DNA of 64,000 nucleotides, from positions 124,001 through 188,000 of the forward strand of contig NIVC01001462.1 in assembly GCA_002269645.1 (NCBI GenBank). Direction: 5' to 3'. This stretch comes from Macrostomum lignano (taxonomy: Eukaryota). Below the pieces are notes generated by a model. The model was not told where the DNA came from. It ran no database searches and saw nothing but the letters and a program-made list of their open reading frames with translations. This document shows, one piece after another, positions 50,900-63,860 of the stretch (its first letter is position 1; every line of letters starts with the position of its first letter). A program made the position numbers and the translations under genes.

Positions 50900-52053
50900 G
50901 GGTGGAAGAAAGATCAATTACGCTTTTCTTGTCTATTTTGGGTCTGAATAGTGAGAATTTCGCAGCGGTTTGGTTGCTGGACTCACGGCTTCCAAATCGC
51001 GCTCAAGTTCATATCCTCTTTCAATAAGTCATTAGAAATGAAACGTGCAGTTTTCAAAGTGGCAGTTCTCGAAAAAGCGAAACACCCGTTTCGGATCTAT
51101 TCGATCTGCAATAAAGATGTTCGATGCGTAAAAACGTCTTTTATCATTTTTCGAACATTGTAGTCTTAAAACCAACTTACCACTCTTCACACGCGTTTCC
51201 TGCGTCATTTGATCCCGAGTAGTCTTCGGTAGCGATTGAATTTCAACGGCATCCAGATCCATTGCATCTTCGTCGATAGGAAGCTCAGGCAGTTCTCGAG
51301 ACTCAGCCGCAAGATCATTTATGCGAAGTTCCAAGCCCCACTTGGTTCAAGTCCGTATATTTTCTTATAGTCTATGGTCAAATCAACTCTTTCCATTTCC
51401 CTTCAGTTAGGCTGAAATAATGACCGCCCCCGCTAGCCTGAAATAATGACAGCGCGAATTCCAATAGGCTGAAATAATGGTAGATTGCCTAGGTATGTAA
51501 CTGAGTTGAATAATGGCCGAATAATTACGCTCGCGTTCTTGCCATTATTCAGCGAAGGTACATACTAGGTAAGCCCATTGTATATACACTTATGACCGGC
51601 ACTGATGTCATTTTTCCACACTTTTTGCTGTCATTATTCCACACTTTTTAATCACGCTTCAATTGGCTGTTTTAAGAGTTATTTTACCCATAGACAACCC
51701 TGATGTGTGTCTTAGTTTGACCATAGACAACACTCTGATGAGTGCTGAATTTGACTGCGTCTTGCAAGAAGTCAGGAAAGCGAGTAAGTACAAGTAAAAG
51801 CTATTGTCTTGTCAAACAACTATGGCTGGTGCATCTCGTGAAACAGCCGCGCTTATCAACTAAAAAAATCTTCTTGTCGACAACTGAACGAACCGTGCGG
51901 CGCTACCTAGGAAGAAAACGCAATTATGCAGTCTTCAACGCCTCGACGGCTATAAGCGATGCCTCAAAGCGGCCAATCGATTCAGTCGAGCAGCCGAGAG
52001 TCTCAAAGAATCCCAGCTTGGATACTGCGGTACCAAAGAAGCTACGCTCGTAA
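50900..52053. mobile_element. Crypton-derived remnant: divergent short ORFs around a hairpin
   Basis: Minus ORF 51032-51334 has LPKTT and ends FENCHFENCTFHF, like the Crypton/DUF3504 C-terminus. Hairpin at ~51488-51570, three GCTGAAATAATG copies, and a plus-strand remnant with TERTVRRY. Confidence 0.55.
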
Positions 52054-52149
52054 TTAGGCTTAGCTTAGCTCTTTTCTGTACTGCAGCCATCCTTCTCGTA
52101 TGCTGTCCTTGATCGATGACAGTTCAGATCAGCAGAAGTGTGCTCTTGT

Positions 52150-52552
52150 ATCTCTCTTAAGAGGTATTCAGGTAGACAAACTTTTTTAACACATAGGACT
52201 TAATTCATGAGATCTTCGTCAATGTCGCTAGCTGAATGTATGGATTTTAAGTATGCGCGACTTAGTGAGTTTGCAAGGTGTAGGTCCTTACCTGGCTTGT
52301 ACTGTGCGTCTGGATCGAATTCCTGTATCTTCAGTCTCGGACGTTGAATTCTGGCAGATAGCTCGCTAATTGGTTTCTTCATGATGTATTGAAGTGGCTT
52401 GTGGTCTGACTCAATGAGTACTTTTCAACCCCACAAGTACTCTTTGAATCGTCTGCACCCGAATATAATGGCCAACAGTTCTTTTCAATCTGTGCATACT
52501 TGCGCTGCGCTTGGGTCAGAGCTGAGGAGGCATATTCATCCATCTTGCATCA
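52150..52552 (-). pseudogene. Gypsy RNase H fragment (left part of the element continuing at 56214-57450)
   Basis: ALTQAQRKYAQIEK, SDHKPL and YKPGKDLHLANSLSR. Confidence 0.8.
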
Positions 52553-53020
52553 TTTTATGTGCTCAGTTGGCTCAGAATGGCTCAGTTTATGAGCCATTTT
52601 ATTTGCAGAGCCATTTTATTTGCAGAGCCATTTTATTTGCAGAGCCATTTTATTTGCAGAGCCATTGTCGGCTGATTTTCCATGCAGGAATGGCATTCTT
52701 GCACTCTTTTGCGTGCAGGAATGGATGTCTATGGTAAAATCTCACTGAAAAAGCATTAGGCGCAGAAATGCATTCCTGCACGGTTTTGTGCATTCCTGCA
52801 CGATGAATCATCCGACAATGGAATTCCTTCACGTTCACTCGTGCGTGAAGGACATCGTGCACTCGTGCGCTAGCGCGCACTCGTGCATATGTCATTCCCG
52901 CACTCGTGACCGTGCAGGAATATATCATTTTCTTTGCAGAGCCATTTTCTTTGCAGAGCCATTGTATTTGCACAGTCATTTTATTTGCACACCCGTGCAA
53001 AAAGTGCTGAAACCTCCTGG
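52553..53020. mobile_element. Crypton-type non-autonomous piece embedded in 17-bp (TTTTATTTGCAGAGCCA) repeats
   Basis: CACTCGTGCGCTAGCGCGCACTCGTG matches the Crypton hairpin at ~63797-63822; it also carries TGTCTATGGTAA. Confidence 0.55.
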
Positions 53021-56000
53021 CATCGCGGCCAGATCATCAGTCCGCGGATGACCTCGGTTGGCTCGGACGGCCGCACTTCGGCTGTGGCAGCAAAGCTCAG
53101 CACAGCAGGGACTCGCAGAGGTCAACGCAGCGCGCAACGCCGCACTGAGCGGCAGTGCGAGCGCAACCGGCGAGGGCGACTCCGTGGCGCGGCCAGGCGC
53201 CCGTTGTCCCCAGTCCCTGCTACTTCAACTATGGATCCGCCGGGTGGCGCCGGGGACCACGAGGCCAACCTCCATCTGGCCCCAGCTGTACCAGGTGGCC
53301 GCCTCAGGCTCGGCACGATGAACTGCCGAACTCTGAAGGCCCCCTGGCGTCGCACCATCCTTGTCCAGCTGGCCCACGACCTACGGCTGAACCTCGTCTC
53401 GCTGCAGGAGGTCTCTATCGTGGATGAGCCGGGGCTTCACTCTGAGGACCTCGGAGCCGGCTGAAGCCTCCTGTACACGTCGGCAGACAACCGCGGCCGG
53501 GGCGGGGTCAGCGTGCTGATCGGACCGCGCCTCCAGCAGAGCGTGCACTGCATCTCGCTGTCCCCGCGACTGATGCGGGTCGACCTGCGACTGCGTGCCC
53601 GCTGCATCCGGCTGTTCTGCGCGTATGCACCCACCGCTGCTCACCCCGAGGAGGCTCGTGCCTTCTTCGACTTCCTGGCTGAGCAGCTAGAAGAGGTGCC
53701 AAATCGCGACACGCTGGCAGTGCTCGGAGACCTGAACGCAGTCCCGCGGAGGTCCGAGCGCTCGCCCTTTGTCGCGGAACGCGAGAACGCCAACACTGAT
53801 GCGCTGGAGAACCTGCTTGACCGGCTGGATCTGGTGTCCGCGAACACCCAGTTCCGCAAGCCCCCTGCCCGTCTGGTCACCTTTGCGGGCTGCAAGAGAA
53901 GGCGGCGGAACGCACGCGGGCGGAATGCCACGAGGAGACTGGCGCAACTAGACCATGCGCTGGTTCGCACTCGCGAGCGCCGCCGCGTCACCAACTGCGA
54001 CACCATGGCTCCACTGGCTCTCCGGTCAGACCACCGACTCCTGATCTGCGACTTGCGGCTCCGCGACCAGCTCTACCGACCGCCAAAGCAGCGGCCACGG
54101 CGCTACTATCGCGCACTGTTGGACACCCGCGTGAAGCGTCAATTCGCGGATGCCTTCGTCGGCGCGCTTAGAGACCAGCGCAAGGCGGAGTATTTCGACA
54201 TCAGCACCGCCGTTAGAGCCGCTGCAGAGCTGACGGTCCCGCTGATGCGGCCAGTGCAGAAATCTCTGTCTGTCTGGCAGAGTGACCCCATCATTAGGCA
54301 GGCGCGGCTCAACATCGAGCGACTCCGCAGGAACCGGAGGCCCACAGACGACGCTGAAGACGCATTTGAGCGCCTTCTTGACGAGCGGCAGCAGGCCGCT
54401 GTCGACGACGCCATTAGGTCCATCACTGCAACCGGCCCCGACGTGAAGAGCCGCGCAGTGTGGACGGCCGTCCGGACTCTGACGGGTGCAAAAAGCGCGT
54501 GGCGCTGAACCTGGCCGGCGACACCCCGGAGGAGCGCAGGAATGAATTGCGCGACTTCTTCGCCGGCATCGTGAACGCGCCCGCGTCGCCGCTGCCCGCC
54601 AGCTTTGCGCTCCCACTGGACACGCCTCTCCCAGCTGAGGAGGACTTCTGCACCAGACCAGTCACCACGGAGGACGTTGTGCTGTACGCTCGGAAAACAT
54701 CAGGCGGCAAGGCGCTCGGCCCCGACGAAGTCCCGGTCGAAGCGCTTCGGCTCCGCTGTGTGGCCTCCCAGGTCACAGGCGTCATGAACCGCGTGCTCGC
54801 CGGCGCTCCTGCGCCTACCGAGTAGACCGTCGCGCACATCGTGCCGATCCCGAAGAAGGCAGGGACAACGCGGAAGGAAGACCACCGCGGGATCTCGCTG
54901 ATGTCCTGCACCGCAAAGCTCTTCAACCGGCTGCTGCTCGATCGTCTGCAGTCGGTGCTGGACCCGTACCTGCGGTACGAGCAGAACGGATTCCGGCCGC
55001 AACGCGGTACAGTGAAACAGATCCTCGCACTCCGCCGTGTCATTGAGGAGGCGCGAATCCGCTAGTCTACGCTGATCATTGTCTTCGTTGACTTTCGAGA
55101 GGCGTTTGACTCGGTGTTGAGAGCCGCGCTTCCCTTTGTCCTTCGAGCCTACCGAGTACCCCAGCAGCTAATCGACGCTGTCATGGCGCTGTATTGCGAT
55201 ACTCGAGCTGCTGTGGTGACGGCGGACGGCCTGTCTGACCTGTTCGATACTTCATCAGGAGTTCTGCAGGGCGACACGCTAGCGCCGTTCCTCTTCGTAC
55301 TGCTGCTGGACTGGGTGCTTCGGACCGCACTCCCCTCGGCTAATGACGGCTTCCTGCTGCGCAGGCGCATCGGTCACCGCCACGGCGAAATGCGCCTAAG
55401 CGTGCTTGGCTACGCCGACGACCTCGCCCTCCTGTCCTCGTCCGTTAAAGGCGCCCAGCGCCAGATCGACAGGCTGGTCGAGGTGGCATCGAGCGTCGGT
55501 CTGATCGTCAACACGCTCAAGACTGTGCTGACTGTGCCGGCCGACATCCCAGCGGACCTGACATGTCGCGGCGCAGACGGGCAGACCACCAGGCTCGCAC
55601 GCTGCCAGCGGTTCACCTAACTCGGCGGTCTGGTGCCCCACGTGGAAGAGGACCTCCGGCGGCGCAGAGGACTTGCCTGGGCGGCCTTTCGTTCGATCCG
55701 AGCCGTCCTCCAGTCCGAAGCGCTGCCCGACCGCCAGAGGGCTCGGCTGTGGCAGGCGGTGGTCGAAACCGTCCTGCCATACAACGCCGAGACATGACGC
55801 TGACGGCTATGCTAGAGCGGCAGCTGGACTCGGCGCACTGAGGGCTGCTCCGTGCGGCCTTTCAAGCTGACGAGAGCGTCGGGACCGAGGCCCTGTACGA
55901 TCGGGCCAAGCTGCAGCGCCCGTCCATCATTCTGCGCCGGCGACGACCTCAACTGGCGGGTCACGTGATCCGGGCCGAGGGCTACTGCCCCCAACCTGTT

Positions 56001-56213
56001 CAGGACGTCCTGCTGCTCACCTTGCAGGGTCCGTTCAGGCGGGGTCAGGCCCGAACCCGTCGATACGTGGACTGCCTGCTGTGCGACGCTGGGGCGCCCG
56101 ACACTACCAACGGAGCGGACTTTGTTCGCTCCCAGGCTCTGCGGCGCTATCTGACGCGCCCTGCTCTAACTGTGACTGTGCATGCGGGGTCGCGTATTTT
56201 GTTGTTGTTGTTG
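53020..56213 (+). mobile_element. Near full-length RTE-like LINE (AP endonuclease + RT), inactivated; (TTG)n tail
   Basis: LGTMNCRTL, SLQEV, LGDLN, LDH and SDH (endonuclease); IVPIPKK, RGISL, EQNGFR, GVLQGDTLAPFLF and YADD (RT). Multiple stops and frameshifts. Confidence 0.9.
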
Positions 56214-57450
56214 TTGCATCAGTGCTGCTCCCAATCCGTCCTTGCCGGCGTCAACTGACAGAATAATTATCTTATTAGGGTCGTATTGCGTGAGAACTGG
56301 CGCTTCACACAGAGATTTTTCTTGATATTCTGATATGCGTCTTCCTGATTTTCGCTCCAGGACCACCCAGAATCCTCTTTCATGAGTGCTCGTAGAGGAC
56401 TTGTGAGTGTAGAAAAATTCGGAATAAATCGAAATAAGTTTTACTGGGGTTATAGGGGCGCATGCCACTCAAATAATCTCCGTTGTCTGTCTGACGATAT
56501 TTTCATTTTGCTTAATCGCTCGACTTTATTTAACCGTGTGAACTTAATTATCATAAAGCTATTAAATAAGTTTGCGCTTTCGATAAATCTTTGTAGTTGA
56601 GCATATTCTTTTCGTTTACTTCGTCGAAGCTTTTTGGATGTGGAATTTCTTTCACGCTTTGAACTTTCTCTGGATCGATTTTCACCCTTTTTTTCGTCAG
56701 TATGTGTCCCAAAAGGCGTAACTCGGTCTTGCCAATAGCTATCTTCTGTCTGTTTAGGGTCAGCTTCTTCTTTCTGCATTGTTCTGACAGGCTATTTACA
56801 GCGAAGTCGTGCTCCTCTCGAGTCTTTCCCCAGACGATGATGTCATCGATGTAGTTGGAAGAATGGACAACTTGACTGGTTACTTCCTCTCGAATCCGTC
56901 TCTGATAAGCTTCTGGCGCATCTTTCAGACCGAATGCTAGTCTGTTCCACTTGTAGTCACTGTCACTGGATTTCTCTCCAGTCATCTGATGAGCTTGAAT
57001 CTTGGAAGCTTCAGAAGCACGGAATAACATAATAGCTTTATCTAAAGTAAGCTTTTCCTCTTCTAGTAGGCGCTCTAGCAGTGCCGAATTGTGCACGCCG
57101 AACACGATTTGATCGCGCAGAATAGCATCATCGATGCCAGCTGTGAATTTTTCGGCACTGAGTAGCTCCATCGCTTAATGAGCAGTCATATATCGCTCAA
57201 AAATATAAAAATCTTCGAATTGTTCCTGCTAGCGCATTTGGAACTTATAGCGATCGCGTGTTTCGTGTTTCGCTGATCGCGTGGCATGCAGAAAGCTTCA
57301 AATCTGACGGCAACGTCCTTGAATTGGGCATCCTTCGCAGAGCTGAATGTTTCGAATATGTCTCGACCTTCCTCACAAGACTCCTTACTCATTTCTGGCT
57401 GAAGTGTTGCTTCCCGACTGCCTGATAAATGACATTGGATTGAGACAAGT
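56214..57450 (-). pseudogene. Internally deleted Gypsy gag/RT/RNase H remnant
   Basis: LRDQIVFGV, LTLDKAI, RLAFGLKDAPEAYQR, YIDDIIVWG and EAPVLTQYD...VDAGKDGLGAALMQ. Confidence 0.8.
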
Positions 57451-58020
57451 AAGTGTGTGATTCCATGTGGCGGTAAGTTTTATGCCAATATGTATGCAGG
57501 TTTCTGCGTAGGTTTTTTCGATTCGCAAGCTTTTTTTCCATATTTATTCCCACTACAGTCCGAATACATTATCGAGTAGCATCCAACATTTTTTACTTTT
57601 TTTCAGTATGTGCTAATACGTGCAACTACAAAAAGAGTTACACGAAAAGAACTGTTTTTTAACGCCTATCCATCATTGCAACTCTTCCCGAACTGCTTTT
57701 ATTTCTTTTCTTCTTGCTTTAATGTTAATTCAACCAGTATTCACTGACGCTTATTATGTTGAGGAAAGTGTCAGTTTAAGATGAACCCACAAAATGTCTC
57801 ACCAGGTTTCTAGCCGCCTCTGCTTTCAGAGAGTCGTACCGGATGGCTAACGACGTCACTTCAATGTGAGCATCTTACGTAAATTACTTTTAATTGTTAT
57901 TAATTATTAATTGTTGTGTTTCCGTTCTATTTTTAGTCAGGTTTTTAAAAGTGCTTTTTGATAGTTAGAATTCATGATTGCAAAACAAATCAAAACAACT
58001 AGACGTATTTCCAAACCAGT

Positions 58021-59700
58021 GTGACTCAGAGGAGGGTCGAAAACTTGGCAATGTACCCCGGGTTTGCGCGGCCAGCTAATCACGATCGGCCTGAACCCCT
58101 GGCACGCGGCAAACTAACTCTACCCGGCCTGAGAGCGCGCCGCGGATTCAGTGCAATTTGGATTATCGAGCGGCCAGCCAGACACCCACCACCCGGCTTG
58201 AGGGAGGGTTTGGAGTGACTATATATGAAAGTATGTTTTTGGCGGTCGGATCTCACTTCTGGCTTCGGCCTGGCTTCGTTCTCATCTCCCGGCCGTTTTG
58301 CCATCTGCCGCGCTTTGAGGCGCTTATATCGAGTCGAGCCCCAGCCCATATTTTGTTTCCGCTGCCCGATCGCAGTAGTCTTGCCGGCGTAACAATCGCG
58401 ACAACCTTGTTCAGAGTTTGTCGCCGGCAAGCGCGGTCTAGATAGGAACTGTCTGTTTGACGTAGTACGCGACCTCGATCTGAGGGCCCCAGTGTCTCAC
58501 TAAAAGGCATAGCTAGTAGAATTTGGCCAGGGATTCGCTGAACTGTCGGCCGCCAGTGTCCTCGTTTGAGAGTAGAACGGCCACACCGGAGCGCTGGAGG
58601 ACTTCCTAGAGAGGCAGGACATGTTGTCGGCCAACATCCGCTTCCGTAAGCCGCTGGGCAGGCTCGCAACTTTTGTGGGCTGCCCGCGCAGGCGGCGGAA
58701 CGCGCGTGGCTGGAACGCAACACGGAGGCAGACACAACTCGATCATGTGCTGGTGCATTTCCACGAGCGCCGCTGCGTCATCACGCCGCTGGCTCTGCGG
58801 TCCGATCATCGACTCCTCGTCTGCGACCTTCATCTTCACGATCCGCTCTACCGTCCGCCGAAGCGGCCACTGCGGCGCTAATACCGCTCGCTTAGAGACA
58901 CCAACACGCACAGCCGCTTTGCTGGCGCTTTCATCACTGGGCTCGGCTGCAAGCGTGGAGGTGCGAGTACGCGGAGGTGTGCGCTGCAGTTCGAGCCGCC
59001 GCGGAACAAGCAGTCCCGCTGATGCGACCGGCCCAGCGGGAGCAGCGGGTATGGCAAGACGACCCCGCGATTCGGCAAGCGAGGGAAGAGCTGGAGAGAC
59101 TCCGTTTGAGCAGGCGAACAACCCGCGAGGCAGTGAAGGCCTTGGAGGTTGTCTATATACAGCGCCAGCAGGCTGCTGTTAATGACACCATTCGAGCCGT
59201 CTCTGCCGCTGGGCCCGATGCCAGAGGCCACGTGCCCTGGTCGGCTATCAATGCTTTGACGGGGCGAAAGCGGCGCTGCGCATTCCTCTAAACCTGGCAG
59301 GCGACTCTGCGGACGAGCGCAGGAACGAGCTGCGTTAGCTCTTTGCCGCCATTGTCAACGCGCCGCCACCCCCGCTGCCAGACAGTCTGACGCTACCGCC
59401 GGAGATGCCGTTGCCGGTAGAGGAGAGCTTCAGCCTAGCACCAGTCAGCACAGCCGACTCCAGCTGGCAGGCCACATCATCCGCGCTGATTCGTAATGCC
59501 CAGAGCCGGCGCAGGAGGTGCTGCTGCAAACGCTGCAGGCACCCTACCGGCGGGGGCAGACCCGCACTCGGCGTTTTGTTGACTGCCTGCTGGCTGACGC
59601 CGGCGCCCCGGATTCGGCCGGCGGCGTGGCATTCATTCGCGATCTGGCCTTGAGGCGCGCCCTGTGACGCTGAACGCGTATTCTGTTGTTCAGTTGTTAT
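58021..59700 (+). mobile_element. Second RTE-like LINE copy with large internal deletions
   Basis: Colinear homology to the 53-56 kb element: late endonuclease, linker, then a jump at ~59455 to the extreme C-terminus (QLAGHIIRA...LQAPYRRG) and a TTG-type tail. Confidence 0.8.
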
Positions 59701-59814
59701 ACGAAGTAGGTATTACACCATGCTTCAGAAGTTAAAGAATCAAAGGTAAATTACTCAGATGTCTAATGAATAAAAAAGTAAATATTAGTCATGATATTCG
59801 GTATAAAATCCTAT

Positions 59815-61060
59815 GTTCTACTCTTAGTAGATTGTAGAGGCAGTAGCAGTAGAAATCTTTTTGCTTTTTGCTGGCTTTTTGACGTCATTATAGTCTACAC
59901 ACACTTTAGTCTGATACCTTGTAACTGAGCACTTCATGATGCAAGTGCTAAATATAGTATGCGCAGTTTTTTTATTTTTCTCCAGTATCCTTGAAGTACA
60001 GGCCATTCCATAATTAGAAACACGTAGTAGATACTCCGAGCGGTTTTGCGTCCATAATACTAATTGCATTAGACCGCTTTATCTCGAAGCAAGGACAAAA
60101 TTTGGCCAGAGTCACCATCGAAACATCATATTTGAAGAGTACCTGAGCCTCATTTCTAATCCATCTTTGAATTTTTTTTAGTTGCCATCATTTATAATTT
60201 TTTTTTTCATTCCTGCCTTTCCGGACTGCTTCAGAAGCTTGAGGACTACCTACCTGAAAAATAGAATCTTTTGAAACTTCTGACAGACGGAAGTGCCGCG
60301 CAGACGGAATTAGCTTCCTGAGTACGTATCGCATTTCTTGACATCGGGATGGGCTCCGTTCTGAGCACCAGTTACTCGTCCTCTTCGTTTGTTAAATACT
60401 TGAAAATTTGTGTTTCCGTAATTGTTTCAAACACAAAAATCAGTGACATACTCAAAAAGGGCCAGCTGACCACAGCCCCCCTAATTGCCCCCTCCCCGCA
60501 AAAATTGCTGTTCCAAAGCCTAAATGAAATTGGTGACCAAACTCGACGAATAACATGACTATCCACCAGCCCAAGAGACAGGTCAGGGGTGCCCACCAAG
60601 AGATAGGGATCACCAAGAGACAGGATCGTATACCAATGTGATAGAGACACTGCGAGTCAAAGATTTCTCAAATCAAACCACAGTTGATTCAGACCCAATG
60701 TAAAATGGATTAGAAACGATTAGAACATAACAAACCGGGCAGCCATTGACCCTGTGCAGCCCTGCCACGTTGACCGTTCATTCCATCTGACGTATCGTCG
60801 TCTCTCCGTCCCATATCCGTAGTCATTTGCTCGTTACGAATACCAAAAGTACGAGAATAAAGTTTACTAATTGGATGTATAATATGAACTCAGATTAGTT
60901 TAGGGATGTATGGGTTTTATCTCAGTTTGACACTGCGGTCAATGCCGACTCTGTCTTTGCTTTGACAGTGCATGCCCCATCAGATTGCCTGTTGATTATG
61001 TAAAATAATGACAGGCAGGTCGTTTTTACCACGGTTGCAGTTAGTACCGTAGCTATTACA
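59815..61060. repeat. Diverged paralogous segment of 13260-14430 with permuted block order
   Basis: Shared blocks, e.g. ATACCTTGTAACTGAGCA..CATGATGCAAGTGCTAAATATAG and CTCAGTTTGA.ACTGCGGT..ATGCCGACTCTGTC. Confidence 0.7.
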
Positions 61061-61731
61061 GGAATGCCTCAGGTTGCGCTACTCACACAATTGCTTCCTA
61101 AGTTCACCCCATCGTCTACCATATTAAAACGGCGTACACTCTGGGTATGATGTAGTGCTAGTTGTGCTAGAACTTCAATCTTATTGGCCAGGAGTGGCTT
61201 ATTTTGAGATATATTTCAACTTTGCAACAGTTTTGCTACCTTAAAAACAGTTGCTAACGTGAAAAGAGTAAAGCATATAGTTTTAATTTTACAAGTAGCT
61301 ATTAGTATGAATTTTCGGAAAAGTGTAATGCACCAGTAAAATTGTTAAAAACTATTATATTTAGCAGTCGATGCCATGCTGCAGACTAATTTTGCCGAAA
61401 ATGCCTACGAGGTACCGCAGAACACTTCTGTAAGTTTTCGGAGCTCCGTTCTATTTACATGTAATCATTAGTTAAAAGTATTTTCTGTCTAACGATGGTC
61501 ATTTCGTACTTCGTAAGGTAGAAGTGAGTGAAAATGGATCAGGTATACGTTTTCTGAGAAGTTGCTGATGTTTCTAAGTTAAATCGAAGAGATTAGTAAA
61601 TGACAGGTGAATCAGAGCACAGAGCGCACTATTTCGTGTTCGTGAAACCTTGAACAAGACGCAGAGCAAGACCAGAGAATATTAAGTATTCTTAATCCCG
61701 TTTGCCCGCTCGGTTAGTCTATGTTTTAATG

Positions 61732-63860
61732 CATTATCATGTAGACTAGCCAACAAGTGAGTCAAATAATGGAGATTTTACCATAGACAATTGACAATCA
61801 GGGTGAAATAATGCGCCAAAAATGCACGCTGGCGGCTTTCAGCGTGCAATAATGCAACAACACAAACTTTAAATTTTACGAAAAGCAAACGTAGCAAATA
61901 GTTAAACATTTTTAACGAGCTCTTTGTCTAGTAGTCAGTGCTCTAGTAGTAACTCGAAAACTCAGTAACTCACTCAGTACTCATCAGTACTCACTGATCA
62001 CCGAATTTGAAGTTGCAATTGCTGAAACTACCACTCAGATGAATATGTAGCTCCGGTCGAACAGTATCGGCCGAAGATGCTTGAACGTCAACCTTGACAT
62101 TTTGGACTGACGTCGTCATTCCAACACTTGCCACCCGCTTTGGGACCTCGGAGATAGACGTAGCATCCCCCGCCGAATCCATATCGCCAGAAGGTCCGAC
62201 GATAGCCACAGACTTATCGTTGGTCGCAGAAGACGAACTGGCTCCATACAGCGATGCTGACAACACGTCGGACATCTTGCCCAGTTCACTCGCCTTGCGC
62301 TTGCCATTTGTTAAGTAGCTAACGAAAGTGCGTACAAAAAATGTTTTTTTACTTTTAAGTACACAATGTACTACAAACAGGAGAATTTTATTGGCAGCCC
62401 GATGCTGACACTTACCGCTGAACAGTCTTCACGTCTTTATGGCCAGTTATTTTGCAGATCTGCTCCAAACGAAACCCGGCTTCGTGCAACTCAGAAATGA
62501 CGGTTGGACGAACGCTGTACCCAGTGTAGACTTTGGACAACTGTGCAGTCGCTGAAATCCGAGCCATCAGATTCTGAAGCGCATTCACGCCCATTGGCTT
62601 TGTTGTGTACCAGTGAACAGCCTTTTTGCCGATGCTAGGCATAAGAAACAGAGGCATGTTACTCTCGGCAGTCCCAGCCGAAAGGCTAGCCTAACGCTTT
62701 TCCAAGTACAACTTGATCGCAGCCACAGGGCAGTGCTCTCCGCCGGTCGACTTCACAATGGCTTCTCGATTGTCTTCCATTGCGCCCGGCGATATAGTCT
62801 AGTGCCGACGGTTTTCTCGAGTCCTCCATTAAGTCGCACAGTCTCCACTCCACTCCGCAACTCAAACACCAGACTGTTAACATTGAGCGATCGGAGCCAT
62901 TCACGACCTCGCTGACCGAAGTAATAGAGCAGAATGAAGTACACCTCGTGTAGAAGCTTCGTCCCATTTGAGCGGTCGAAGTACGTCCACAGTTTGTTCA
63001 GATCGTCCTTCTCCATCGCCTTGTAATGCCGAATGCGACCGCCATTTTTTAGGAACATTCGACAAACGGCCTGCAAGGCTAAATTCACAATATGAAACTT
63101 TTCACCTTCAACGATGTTAATGGCCCTGGTACGCCTGAAATACCGAAACAAGCCGGCTCGAAAGCAGATTAGACTAGACGGTGCGTAGAAGCTCCCATCC
63201 TGCTTTCTAAGAGTGGCATAGAAGAACTTCAGCTTTTCCGCAAGCTCGTCCTCAGTGCAGGATCCAGCTTCAAAGCTTTCGAATTTGTACTCTCGAAGAA
63301 ATACTTGGAAGCGGGCAATAGCCGATTCTTCTTGCTTTTCGGTAGAGATGACCTTGGTCTCCTCGTCCTGTCTGTCGACAATCGCTTGCAGTTCAGTTGT
63401 GGAACCTCCAACATCCGGAATTGATTCCGAGTCTTCACCATCCACCAAGGGAATCAGATTGAAAAGTTCTTCCAGAGTAGGTAGGAGCGGCTCATCATCG
63501 AACATCGTCCGCTCGATCAACGAATTTCTGTCCATGAGCTCTACATGCTTCTCGATTTCCGCCGTAGTCAAGCCGGTTATGCAATTGTCCGGGAATTGAG
63601 ACAGATGAATCATGTTTTCAAATGAACGCACACTGAGACGAACAAATATCGCGCTGTAGTGGAGAGAAAGATATTCCTTGCCTCCCTCAACCCTGTTCTT
63701 TGCAAATTGCCATAGACAAAAATGAATAGCCACTGTTGGCTAGTCTATATGATAATGTGATAGAAGCACGGCTTGCGCGTGCAACAACGCCATAGACACT
63801 CGTGCGCTACGCGCACTTGTGGTCCTAGGCGTTGTTGCACTTGCAAGCCGTGCACTATCT
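61732..63860 (-). mobile_element. Crypton DNA transposon (DUF3504-type tyrosine recombinase), disrupted, with a 97-nt intron
   Basis: FYATLRKQDGSFY..SSL..FRAGL, YFGQRGRE, CPV..IKLYLEKR, WY...PMGVN, YSVRPT, ITGHK and VQR|Y across intron 62319-62415 (GTAAGT...TTAG); C-terminal FSNCNFKF. Frameshift near 62810 and a premature stop. ~24-bp inverted repeat at 61732-61755 / 63734-63757 and hairpin at 63766-63853. Confidence 0.85.

Noticed and set aside
53020-53110. Possible HDV-like ribozyme at the RTE 5' end (GGCCAG/TTGGCT pairing, P4-like hairpin; similar GCCAG/CTGGC pairing at ~58070)
   Set aside because: I could not identify P2 or a proper P3/L3, so the nested double pseudoknot is unsupported without a covariance search.
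53460-55840. Several Trp/Gln codons turned to stops in the LINE (recoding or deaminase editing?)
   Set aside because: Frameshifts and a Tyr-to-stop change are also present, which fits ordinary pseudogene decay.
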